Of a stretch of 64,000 nucleotides of DNA, positions 16,698 through 25,187 are shown piece by piece. The stretch covers positions 320,001 to 384,000 of the forward strand of contig CAWDDT010000006.1 of NCBI GenBank assembly GCA_963801165.1, written 5' to 3'. Each line of letters opens with the position of its first letter. Position 1 is the stretch's first letter. Source of the DNA: an uncultured bacterium (GTDB lineage: Bacteria; Actinomycetota; Acidimicrobiia; Spongiisociales; UBA5794). The notes beneath the pieces were generated by a model, which was given only the letters and a program-made list of their open reading frames with translations, searched no databases and was not told the DNA's origin. The position numbers and the translations under genes were made by a program.

Positions 16698-17435
16698 ATG
16701 ATCCCACAGCCCAACCCACCACCGCCCGAGGACATCGACCTCAACCAGGTGGTCGCCTACAACATCCGCGAAGCCCGCCAACTACGCAGCTGGACCCAAG
16801 AAGACCTCGCCGACCGGCTCGAGCCATACCTCGGCCAGCGACTCACCCAGGCCGGTGTCTCCTCCATCGAACGGGCCTGGGACGGGGAACGGCGCCGCGA
16901 GTTCGACGCCCACGAACTGCTCATCTTCGCCATGGTTTTCGACCTACCCATCCTCTGGTTCCTCCTCCCACCACCCGGCGACCACCGGATAATGCGCTCC
17001 ACCACCCGACCCATCGACGAGCTGTACACATGGCTGCTAGGACAGCCCCACCAACTCGAACCGCTCTATGAACGGCTCCGGCAGATCGGTATCACCGAAC
17101 CCACCACAGCCGAACAGACCATTGAGAAGATCACCGGGATCCCCGCCGACGCAAAACAGTGGAGCTACCGGGAACGCCGCAAGGAACTCCTCTTGGCGCT
17201 CCTCAACGAACACGCCGACTCGCTCGACAACGCCGTCGAAGAACTCGGCCGGGTCGTCGACCACCTCCGGCAGGTGGGCATCCGTGGATTCATCGCCGAA
17301 CACACCGGCGACGAGGACTTCACCTATCCGGACGGGCGCGCGCCAACCCTGGAAACTCAACCGGCCACCGGCGTGGACAAGACGACACCAGGCGGCACCA
17401 ACGAACACCGTAAGTCAGCGGGAGAAACAGGATGA
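16698..17435 (+). CDS. XRE-family HTH repressor of the element
   Basis: VVAYNIREARQLRSWTQEDLADRL...VSSIER...ELLIFAMVFDLP. Confidence 0.85.
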   Translation: MIPQPNPPPPEDIDLNQVVAYNIREARQLRSWTQEDLADRLEPYLGQRLTQAGVSSIERAWDGERRREFDAHELLIFAMVFDLPILWFLLPPPGDHRIMRSTTRPIDELYTWLLGQPHQLEPLYERLRQIGITEPTTAEQTIEKITGIPADAKQWSYRERRKELLLALLNEHADSLDNAVEELGRVVDHLRQVGIRGFIAEHTGDEDFTYPDGRAPTLETQPATGVDKTTPGGTNEHRKSAGETG

Positions 17436-17469
17436 GAGGCCACCCCCTTACGAATAAGGAAGACAACAC

Positions 17470-18642
17470 GTGACTGAGAAGAGGCGACCCAGAGGTACGG
17501 GCTCAATTCGCGAGCGTGGCGAGCGCTACCAAGCCATCTACTCATACATTGACGGAAGCGGGAAGCGTCGTCGTCGCTCCAGGACCTTCGACACTAAAAC
17601 GAGGGCGCGGAAGTGGCTGAACGATCGTCTCGCCGATGTGGGACACGGCCGAATCGCTGATCCGCGCGTAGTCTCCGTCGGTGAGTACCTTCAGAACTGG
17701 CTCGGATCCCTCGGCATGCAGCAGCTCGAAGCTGCAACCGTGTCCTGGTATCGGTCGGCGGTGGTCCGGCACATCGTCCCGGAGCTTGGCACGGTCAAAC
17801 TCTCGAAGCTGTCGGCGGTGCAGATCGAATCGTTCCTCGCTGACAAAGCCAAGTCAGGTCGCCTTGACGGTGCCGGCGGTCTCGGCCCTGCGTCGGTGCG
17901 GCGACTACAGGTGACATTGCACAAGGCGCTCGACGCTGCGGTACGCAAGGGGATGCTCGCCACTAACCCGGCCGACCTCGCGGATAAGGTGAAGGTCCCG
18001 CCGCGCGATGTAACGGAGACGGTGTGGAGTCCGGCGATGATGACGACGTTCCTCTCAGCGACGGCGTCTGACCGACTTCACCCGATCTGGCAGACAGCCT
18101 GCATGACAGGATTGAGGCGGTCTGAGCTTGCTGGCCTGCAATGGCCCGACATCGACCTCGACGGCGGACTGCTGAGCGTGAAGCGGGCTCGAACTCAGGT
18201 GGACGGCCAGCCGGTGGTGAAAGGCCCGAAGTCGGCGGCGTCACGTCGGATCGTGGATCTTGATTCGGAGACGGTCATCGTCCTGAGACGGTGGAAGGTC
18301 GCACAACTTGAGGAACGTCTACGGGCTGGCACAGCCTGGCAGCCCGGAGACTGGGTGTTCACCAATCAGATTGGGGCACCGTGGCGACCCGACAGGCTCA
18401 CACGAGCGTTTGTGGACCGGGCGAGCGCCCTGGGCCTTCCAGCGACCGACGTCAAGGGTCTGAGACACGCTCACGCCACAGCCTTGCTCCGGGCCGGTGT
18501 CCATCCCAAGGTCGTGCAAGAAAGGCTCGGCCACTCGTCGATCAGCGTAACAATGGACATTTACTCGTCGGTGTTGCCTGGAATGCAACGTGAAGCGGTC
18601 GAGAAGCTGGCGTTGCTGATGGACTCGTTAGGCGCCCCGTAG
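17470..18642 (+). CDS. Tyrosine recombinase/integrase
   Basis: N-terminal GTGSIRER arm domain; TGLRRSEL, PKS, KGLRH, LGHSS, DIYS. Confidence 0.95.
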   Translation: MTEKRRPRGTGSIRERGERYQAIYSYIDGSGKRRRRSRTFDTKTRARKWLNDRLADVGHGRIADPRVVSVGEYLQNWLGSLGMQQLEAATVSWYRSAVVRHIVPELGTVKLSKLSAVQIESFLADKAKSGRLDGAGGLGPASVRRLQVTLHKALDAAVRKGMLATNPADLADKVKVPPRDVTETVWSPAMMTTFLSATASDRLHPIWQTACMTGLRRSELAGLQWPDIDLDGGLLSVKRARTQVDGQPVVKGPKSAASRRIVDLDSETVIVLRRWKVAQLEERLRAGTAWQPGDWVFTNQIGAPWRPDRLTRAFVDRASALGLPATDVKGLRHAHATALLRAGVHPKVVQERLGHSSISVTMDIYSSVLPGMQREAVEKLALLMDSLGAP

Positions 18643-18647
18643 GCGCC
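18629..18647. repeat. Putative integrase arm-type sites (right end)
   Basis: TAGGCGCC x2 with an 11-bp period. Confidence 0.65.
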
Positions 18648-18682
18648 CAACACCTACCGCCGAGGCCACCCCTTACGTGAGT

Positions 18683-18704
18683 AACCCCCTGTTACCAGGG
18701 GGTT
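18683..18704. terminator. Hairpin between the convergent integrase and tRNA
   Basis: AACCCCCTG-TTAC-CAGGGGGTT, a perfect 9-bp stem. Confidence 0.6.
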
Positions 18705-18710
18705 TGCTCG

Positions 18711-18784
18711 TCGGGCTGGCCGGATTTGAACCGGCGACCTCTTGACCCCCAGTCAAGCGCGCTGCCAAGCTGCGCCACAGCCCG
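18711..18784 (-). tRNA. tRNA-Pro (GGG)
   Basis: CGGGCTG/CAGCCCG acceptor stem, CTTGA-CTGGGGG-TCAAG anticodon arm, GCCGG-TTCAAAT-CCGGC T arm. CCA is not encoded. Confidence 0.97.
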
Positions 18785-18871
18785 ATGCCGGATTACCGGC
18801 AGACGGCAACGATAGTGCATCAAGCACCCTTGCGGAACTCACGGGTCGGTGCCTTCGCTACGCTCTGCGTC

Positions 18872-19510
18872 GTGACCACACCACCCCAACATCACACGCC
18901 CCCGTCGACCCCTGCGGAATGGGATGAGCGCTATCTATCGGCCCCCGACAGGATCTGGAGCGGGGAGCCAAACGGGTCCCTCGTCGACGAGATCTCGGGC
19001 TTGCCACCGGGACGGGCGCTTGACCTGGGATGCGGCGAAGGCGCCGACGCCATATGGCTGGCCAGGCGGGGCTGGCAAGTAACCGGCATCGACATGTCGC
19101 AGGTGGCACTCGACCGAGCCGCCGCGGCCGCTCGTGGCGCCGGTGTCGACGTCGAATGGGTGTGCGGGGATTTCTTCGGTAACCCACCCGGCCGTGATAC
19201 CTACGATCTGGTCACCGCCCACTACCTCGCCCTGCCCAAGGCGCAGGCAGACACCACATTGGCCGCCCTCCTCGATGCAGTCGCCCCCGGCGGCACGCTC
19301 CTGTTCGTCGCCCATGCGGTCTCCGACGGCGACCCGGCCCACACTCCCGGCCGTGACCCCGCCGCATACGTCCAACCCGACGATGTCGTCGCACAGCTCG
19401 GGCAGGGATGGGAGCTCATCGTTCACGAGACCAGGAAGCGCACGTCTCCGGCAGCGGCGCAGTCGATGCACACTCACGATGTGATCCTCCGGGCCGCACG
19501 GAAGGATTGA
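18872..19510 (+). CDS. Class I SAM-dependent methyltransferase
   Basis: WDERY...WSGEPN...RALDLGCGEGADAIWLA...VTGIDMS. Start approximate. Confidence 0.85.
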   Translation: MTTPPQHHTPPSTPAEWDERYLSAPDRIWSGEPNGSLVDEISGLPPGRALDLGCGEGADAIWLARRGWQVTGIDMSQVALDRAAAAARGAGVDVEWVCGDFFGNPPGRDTYDLVTAHYLALPKAQADTTLAALLDAVAPGGTLLFVAHAVSDGDPAHTPGRDPAAYVQPDDVVAQLGQGWELIVHETRKRTSPAAAQSMHTHDVILRAARKD

Positions 19511-19524
19511 CGGCGCGTCGGGCG

Positions 19525-20262
19525 CTAGGCCAGCCGGATCACGTCGGATTTGGCAAAGATCGGTCCCACCCGCAGTCCCAGCGACTCGGCGGCATACAGC
19601 TCGGCGGGCACGCCGATGTCGGCCAGATACAACTCACCGACCACATCGGGTCGTTCCGGCGAGCGCAAGCCCTGCTTGGGAAGCGCCAGCGTCATGGTGG
19701 CCGTCGCCCGGACCACCGGGGCGAAGACCTTGCCCGTCGTGCCATCCAGACCGGACGGTAAATCGAGCGACAGCACCGACGCCATGCTCGAGTTTGCCCA
19801 CTCGATCAATTCCCCTGTGATCCCGCGTGGTGCGCCCTTCAAGCTGTATCCGATCAGACCGTCGATGATCAGATCGGGCGGTCGCACCGGCGGCATCTCA
19901 CCAACGGTGAGCGGCACGCCGATGTTCTCGAGAACCCGCAGCTGCTGAGCGGTCACCTCGGACATGTGCTCCGGCTCCCGCGTGGCCACAACCCCGACGA
20001 GTGATCCGTAGGAGTGCAGCCGGCGGGCGGCCACCAGGGCACCGCCGCCGTTGCCACCGGGCCCGGCGAGGATGATCACCGACCGGCCCCGACCGTCACC
20101 GTCGAGAAAGCGGCCCCGAGCCAGGTGCGCCAGACTGCGGCCCGCGTTTTCCATCATCCGCACGAGATCGATCCCGAAGTCGTCGACCATCGCCCGGTCG
20201 ACCTCTCTCATCTGCTCCGTCGTGAGGAACGGTACGTCCCCTTCCAGCCACACCGTGTTCAT
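19525..20262 (-). CDS. nnrE: NAD(P)H-hydrate epimerase (stand-alone YjeF_N)
   Basis: MMENAG, GPGGNGGGALVAARRL, IIDGLIG, SLDLPSG, TMTLALPK, LADIGVP. Confidence 0.85.
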   Translation of the reverse strand: MNTVWLEGDVPFLTTEQMREVDRAMVDDFGIDLVRMMENAGRSLAHLARGRFLDGDGRGRSVIILAGPGGNGGGALVAARRLHSYGSLVGVVATREPEHMSEVTAQQLRVLENIGVPLTVGEMPPVRPPDLIIDGLIGYSLKGAPRGITGELIEWANSSMASVLSLDLPSGLDGTTGKVFAPVVRATATMTLALPKQGLRSPERPDVVGELYLADIGVPAELYAAESLGLRVGPIFAKSDVIRLA

Positions 20263-20413
20263 CTTGCTCCTTCTCCGCAATCCGCAACGTGCACATGCGC
20301 TCTTCGTCTTTCCCGGCCGATCCCTTGAATCACTCGTCACGAATGACCGCGGTCCCACGCACTAGGGACCTTTGCCACTGTTCCGGCCGGGTTTGGTACG
20401 GCACAGTGGGCTT

Positions 20414-20719
20414 GTGACTTCAACAACTATTGAATCAATTTCACTTGAAGAGCGGGCGACGCTGCTGTCGGCACTGAGTGACCCGATCCGGTTGCGGATC
20501 ATGGACACCCTCGGTGCCGAGACATGCTGTGTCTGCACACTCCAGGAGACTATCGCCATCGCACCCAACCTCCTGTCGTACCACCTGCGGGTGTTGCGCG
20601 AGGCGGGACTGGTCGAAACCACCCGTCGGGGCCGCTGGGTCGACTACCACCTCTCCCCCACTGCGGGCACAGCCATCGCATCCGCCCTTCCGCTCCCTCT
20701 CCGGTGGGAGGAAAGATGA
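20414..20719 (+). CDS. arsR: ArsR-family metalloregulator with a CCVC motif
   Basis: ALSDPIRLRI...CCVCTL...LSYHLRVLREAGLV...GRWVDY. Start approximate. Confidence 0.85.
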   Translation: MTSTTIESISLEERATLLSALSDPIRLRIMDTLGAETCCVCTLQETIAIAPNLLSYHLRVLREAGLVETTRRGRWVDYHLSPTAGTAIASALPLPLRWEER

Positions 20720-21765
20720 CCAGCGCCACCCTCACCGCCAACCGGCCCCGCTTGAAGACGTGGCTCGGGCTCGGCGCCGCCGCGGTCGGCTGGATCATCG
20801 CCTACCGGGTCAACGCCCCGATGTGGCGGTGGCTGCTCACCCACGTCGCACATCTCGACCTGGAAGGCAAGACCGGCTCTGCCGCCGAGTTCTTCCTCGC
20901 CGACACCGTAAAGATCGCCCTGCTGCTCGGCGGCATCATCTTCGCCGTCACCGTGCTCCGCTCCTTCATGAGCGTTGAGCGCACCCGGGCACTGCTCGGG
21001 GGGCGCCGTGAAGGGGTAGGCAACGTCGCCGCTGCCGGCCTCGGTGTGGTCACCCCGTTCTGCTCGTGTTCGGCGGTTCCCGGGTTCATCGGGTTTGTCG
21101 CCGCCGGGGTACCCCTCGGCATCACCATGAGCTTTCTCATTGCCAGCCCTATGGTCAACGAGATCGCCATCGTGCTTCTCTACGGGCTGTTCGGGTGGCG
21201 GATCGCCGCGCTCTACGTCACAGCCGGTCTCCTCGTTGCAATCGTCGCCGGGTGGGTCATAGGTCGGATGCATCTCGAGCACTGGGTCGAGCCATTCGTA
21301 TTCGAGACCACGCTGCGGGGCAAGCCCGTCGACCTTGCCGGTTCGCTGTCCTGGAACGACCGATTCACCATCGGGCGGGAAGAGGTCAGGACCATCATCC
21401 GCAAGATCTGGCCCTACCTGCTCGTCGGTATTGGCATCGGCGCCGTCGTGCACGGATGGGTGCCCCAGGACTTCTTCGTCCGCTACGCCGGACCGGACAA
21501 TCCGCTGGCCGTTCCGGTCGCCGTCGGGCTCGGCGTCCCCCTCTACTCCAACGCCGCCGGGGTGCTGCCGCTCGTCGAGGCGCTCCACTCCAAAGGGCTC
21601 GCCATGGGCACCGTCCTCGCCTTCATGATGTCGGTCGTCGCCCTGTCGCTCCCCGAGATGGTGCTGCTCCGCAGGGTGCTCAAGCCCCGCCTTCTCGGCG
21701 TGTTCGTCGGCGTCGTCGCCTTCGGAATCCTCTGTGTCGGCTTTCTATTCAATCTCATTCTGTAA
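20716..21765 (+). CDS. ArsP-like (DUF318) permease
   Basis: TPFCSCSAVP, FLIASPMVNE, GVPLYSNAAG, ALSLPEM. ATGA overlap with arsR. Confidence 0.85.
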   Translation: MTSATLTANRPRLKTWLGLGAAAVGWIIAYRVNAPMWRWLLTHVAHLDLEGKTGSAAEFFLADTVKIALLLGGIIFAVTVLRSFMSVERTRALLGGRREGVGNVAAAGLGVVTPFCSCSAVPGFIGFVAAGVPLGITMSFLIASPMVNEIAIVLLYGLFGWRIAALYVTAGLLVAIVAGWVIGRMHLEHWVEPFVFETTLRGKPVDLAGSLSWNDRFTIGREEVRTIIRKIWPYLLVGIGIGAVVHGWVPQDFFVRYAGPDNPLAVPVAVGLGVPLYSNAAGVLPLVEALHSKGLAMGTVLAFMMSVVALSLPEMVLLRRVLKPRLLGVFVGVVAFGILCVGFLFNLIL

Positions 21766-21796
21766 TAGCTCATTTTGTAATATCTCATTCTGTAAT
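21752..21796. repeat. 15-bp tandem repeat x3 spanning the permease stop codon
   Basis: ATCTCATTCTGTAAT / AGCTCATTTTGTAAT / ATCTCATTCTGTAAT. Confidence 0.9.
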
Positions 21797-21806
21797 AAGG
21801 AGAACC

Positions 21807-22046
21807 ATGAACATCAAAGTGCTCGGATCGGGCTGCCCCAACTGCCAGACCCTCGAGAAGCGGACGGTCGAAGCGGCCGGCCAGCTCGGCATCGAAGCTG
21901 CCGTCGAGAAGGTCACCGACTACGGCGACATCGCCTCATACGGCGTCATGAGCACCCCGGCCCTCGTCATCGACGAGCAGGTCGTCATGTCCGGCCGCGT
22001 CCCCACCGTCCCGGAACTGGTGACCATGCTGGCGACCGCCAGCTAG
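21807..22046 (+). CDS. Small redox-active thioredoxin-family protein (MTH895-like)
   Basis: MNIKVLGSGCPNCQTL...YGVMSTPALVIDE...GRVP; AAGGAG RBS. Confidence 0.9.
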   Translation: MNIKVLGSGCPNCQTLEKRTVEAAGQLGIEAAVEKVTDYGDIASYGVMSTPALVIDEQVVMSGRVPTVPELVTMLATAS

Positions 22047-22052
22047 AACCGC

Positions 22053-22208
22053 CTAGAGGCGGTGAATGAGCCACATCACGCCCTGAATCAGCCGGAAGGT
22101 CAGATACACAGCAGTCAAGATCACAATCGTGAGAAACCCGATGGGCCACTTCTCGTCGTCGGCCCCGCCGTCGGGCGTCGGTTCGGGCGGCGTGTCCCGG
22201 TCAGTCAT
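22053..22208 (-). CDS. Small single-TM hypothetical protein (51 aa)
   Basis: Manual translation MTDRDTPPEPTPDGGADDEKWPIGFLTIVILTAVYLTFRLIQGVMWLIHRL; below the ORF-track cutoff. Confidence 0.55.
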   Translation of the reverse strand: MTDRDTPPEPTPDGGADDEKWPIGFLTIVILTAVYLTFRLIQGVMWLIHRL

Positions 22209-22264
22209 CGTCGCCCCCGCTTGCGAACCCTGCGGTAATCGGCACGCCCTACTCGAAGGGAATT

Positions 22265-22314
22265 CCCTCTCCCTTTGGGAGAGGATGCCGAGCGAAGCGA
22301 AGGCAGGTGAGGGG
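22265..22314. repeat. REP-like palindromic element
   Basis: CCCTCTCCC-TTT-GGGAGAGG...GAGCGAAGCGAAGG...GTGAGGGG; same family as the 26645 and 30470 clusters. Confidence 0.8.
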
Positions 22315-22329
22315 ATGTAAGCGCCTCGC

Positions 22330-23865
22330 TCATACCGGGGGGACGCCGTGGCGGCGGTCGGAGAAGGTGCGGGTCTTGCGGGCGGCGTAGGTGAGACGCC
22401 CGGTGATCTCGGTGCGGAGATCTTCTGGCTCGACGACGCCGTCGACTATCAGCTCCGACGCCAGCAGCATCAGGTCGACATCCTCGCTGTACTCGGCCTG
22501 CTTGGCAGCAACAAAGGCCTCCCGCTCGTCCTCGGGCAACTCCTGGATCTTGTTGTAGTAGACGGCGTTCACAGCCGCCTCAGGCCCCATCACCGCGATT
22601 TCTGCCGTCGGCAGGGCAATGGTGGCATCGGGGCGGAACCCGGGCCCTGAGAAGGCGTAGAGGCCCGCTCCGTAGGCCTTGCGCACGATGATCGACAGCC
22701 TGGGCACGGTCGCCTCGGCAATGGCGGTGAGCATCTTGGCGCCAGCGCGGATGATCCCCTGCCGCTCGACGTCGGTCCCGATCATGAATCCGGGCACGTC
22801 GGCGAAGAACAGCAGCGGGATGTTGAAGGCGTCGCATAGCCAGATAAACCGGGCCGCCTTGTCGGCCGAGTCGACGAACAGCACACCTCCGAGATGCTGC
22901 GGCTGCGAGGCGACGATACCGACCGACTGCCCGTCGATACGGGCCAGCGCCGTGATCACCTCGGGGGCGAACAGCTCTTTGATCTGGAGCAGGCTGCCCT
23001 CGTCGACTATCCCCCGCAGAAATTCGACCATGTCGTAGACGGCATTCGGTTCCTCGGGGAGGATGTCGGCCGGCCGGTAGTTCGGGTCGGGCTCGCTGGC
23101 GTCATAGCGGGGCGGGAGCGTGCGGTAGTTGTCCGCCATGTAGCTGAAGTAGAAGCGGGCCCAATCGATAGCCTCGGCGTCGGACTCCACCAGCACGTCG
23201 CCGCAACCGGAGGTCGTGCAGTGCATCCGGGCGCCGCCCAACTCCTCGAGCGTCGTCCTCTCCCCTATCACCATCTCCGCCATTCGCGGTGACCCGAGAT
23301 ACATGGAGGCATTGCCCTCCACCATCACCACAACGTCACAGAACGACGGGATGTACGCCCCGCCTGCCGCCGACGGGCCGAACAGACAGCAGATCTGCGG
23401 CACCCGCCCCGACAACCGCACCTGGTTGTAGAAGATCTTCCCGGCGCCTCTCCGGCCGGGGAACAGGTCGATCTGGTCGGTGATCCTCGCCCCCGCCGAG
23501 TCGATCAGATAGAACACCGGCAGCATCTCGTCGTACGCGTACTCGAGGGTGCGGATCATCTTCTCGACGGTCAGCCGCCCCCAGCTGCCCGCCTTCACCG
23601 TCGGGTCGTTGGCGATGACCGCGACCGGGCGCCCATCGACGGTGCCCCGGCCGGTCACAACACCGTCGGCACCGTGCTCAGGGGTCACCGCATTGGCCAG
23701 CAGCCCGTCCTCGACAAAGCTCCCCTCGTCGAGCAGGAGTGCCACCCGATCACGAACGAACAGCTTCTCCTGCTGGACCAGCTTGTCGTGGTGACGTTGC
23801 GGGCCGCCCCCCTGTGCCGTCGTCGCGGCGTCGCGAAACCGCTCAAACGGTCCGGCGTCGCTCAT
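22330..23865 (-). CDS. Acyl-CoA carboxylase carboxyltransferase (beta) subunit
   Basis: ADGVVTG, DSAGARI, GPSAAGGAY, DVPGFMIG, RKAYGAG. Confidence 0.92.
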   Translation of the reverse strand: MSDAGPFERFRDAATTAQGGGPQRHHDKLVQQEKLFVRDRVALLLDEGSFVEDGLLANAVTPEHGADGVVTGRGTVDGRPVAVIANDPTVKAGSWGRLTVEKMIRTLEYAYDEMLPVFYLIDSAGARITDQIDLFPGRRGAGKIFYNQVRLSGRVPQICCLFGPSAAGGAYIPSFCDVVVMVEGNASMYLGSPRMAEMVIGERTTLEELGGARMHCTTSGCGDVLVESDAEAIDWARFYFSYMADNYRTLPPRYDASEPDPNYRPADILPEEPNAVYDMVEFLRGIVDEGSLLQIKELFAPEVITALARIDGQSVGIVASQPQHLGGVLFVDSADKAARFIWLCDAFNIPLLFFADVPGFMIGTDVERQGIIRAGAKMLTAIAEATVPRLSIIVRKAYGAGLYAFSGPGFRPDATIALPTAEIAVMGPEAAVNAVYYNKIQELPEDEREAFVAAKQAEYSEDVDLMLLASELIVDGVVEPEDLRTEITGRLTYAARKTRTFSDRRHGVPPV

Positions 23866-25187
23866 ATTTCCCTCCGGTTATGGCGGCGGCGTGACGTCAG
23901 AAACAGCGGTGTGCCCATGAAGTCGAACTCTTCCCGCAGCCGGTTCTCCAGATAGCGTAGGTAATCGTCGCCGATCTCACCGCCTCTGACGAACAGGATG
24001 ATGCTGGGCGGGTCGGTGCTGCTCTGGGTGGCGTAGACGATCCTGGGGCGCTTGTTCTTCCGCACCGGTGGCGGATGCGATTCCTGCCATTGCCGTATCA
24101 GCCGGTTCAGTTCGGCGGTCGGGATCCGCTGCCGCCGGTTCTCCAGCACGGCGTGCACGGCCTTCGGCAGCCGTTGCAACCTGCTCCCCGTCTTCGCCGA
24201 GATCCGCAGCACCGGCGCCCATCCGACAAAGGCGAGCCGATCCGCCACAGAATCCTCGGTGTGAGCCCGCTCCTCGTCGCTGATCGCATCCCATTTGTTG
24301 AGCAATACCACCAGCCCGGCACCGGCGTCGCGTATCTCCTCCGCCAGCCGCTGCTCCTGATGGGTCGCCCCTTGAGTGCCGTCGACGACCAGCAGCGCCA
24401 CATCTGCACCGTCGAGCACCTCCCGGGCCCGCAGCACGGCGTAATACTCGACGTCGTCCTTGATCTTGGTTTTCCGCTTGATCCCGGCCGTGTCGATGAT
24501 CTCGACCGGCTCCCCATCGAGCTCGACCACCATGTTGATCGGGTCGCGGGTGGTGCCCGGAACGTCCGAAACCAGCACCCGCGCGGCGCCGGCGAGCTGG
24601 TTGAGCAACGTCGACTTCCCGACATTGGGCCGCCCGACGATGGCCAGCCGGGCCAACCGTGGCTCGTCGTCCAGGTCCTCATCGAACACGGGCAGCTTGT
24701 CCACCAGCGCATCGAGAAAGTCGCCGCTGCCACGGCCGTGCTGGGCGGAGATCGGGACCGGCTCCCCGAGACCGAGCGCCCATAGGTGATCGAGCGCCTC
24801 CTCCTGACGGGGCCCGTCCACCTTGTTGGCGGCGAACACGAACGGCACACCGCTGCGCAGCAGCATCCGGGCGACACCCTGGTCGTCGTCGACCAACGCC
24901 CCGGTAGCGTCGGTGACGAACACGGCGACGTCGGCCCCGCCGAGCGCCACCTCGGCCTGCTCCCGGATGTTCATGGTGAGCTCCTCGCCGGGGTTGAGCT
25001 CCCAGCCACCGGTGTCGATCAGCAGGAACCGGTTGCCCTGCCACTCGGCGGTGAACTCACGCCGGTCCCGGGTCACCCCGGGCTGCTCGTCGACGACAGC
25101 CAGCTTTCTGCGCAAGATCCTGTTGACCAGCGTCGATTTGCCGACGTTGGGTCGCCCGATGACTACCACCACGGGCAACCGGCTCAT
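23862..25187 (-). CDS. der: Ribosome biogenesis GTPase Der (EngA)
   Basis: Two GRPNVGKSTL G-domains, NKVD/NKWD motifs, and a KH-like C-terminus. Confidence 0.97.
   Translation of the reverse strand: MSRLPVVVVIGRPNVGKSTLVNRILRRKLAVVDEQPGVTRDRREFTAEWQGNRFLLIDTGGWELNPGEELTMNIREQAEVALGGADVAVFVTDATGALVDDDQGVARMLLRSGVPFVFAANKVDGPRQEEALDHLWALGLGEPVPISAQHGRGSGDFLDALVDKLPVFDEDLDDEPRLARLAIVGRPNVGKSTLLNQLAGAARVLVSDVPGTTRDPINMVVELDGEPVEIIDTAGIKRKTKIKDDVEYYAVLRAREVLDGADVALLVVDGTQGATHQEQRLAEEIRDAGAGLVVLLNKWDAISDEERAHTEDSVADRLAFVGWAPVLRISAKTGSRLQRLPKAVHAVLENRRQRIPTAELNRLIRQWQESHPPPVRKNKRPRIVYATQSSTDPPSIILFVRGGEIGDDYLRYLENRLREEFDFMGTPLFLTSRRRHNRREI

Larger units (their letters stand above)
9765..18756. mobile_element. 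Integrative mobilizable element (IME) inserted in tRNA-Pro(GGG)
   Basis: Flanking att repeats; tyrosine integrase next to the tRNA; XRE repressor, excisionase and MOB-F relaxase. No T4SS, coupling-protein or phage structural genes recognised. Confidence 0.9.

Noticed and set aside
18872-19510. ArsM arsenite methyltransferase (near the ars operon)
   Set aside because: It lacks the ArsM N- and C-terminal Cys motifs and looks like a generic class I methyltransferase.
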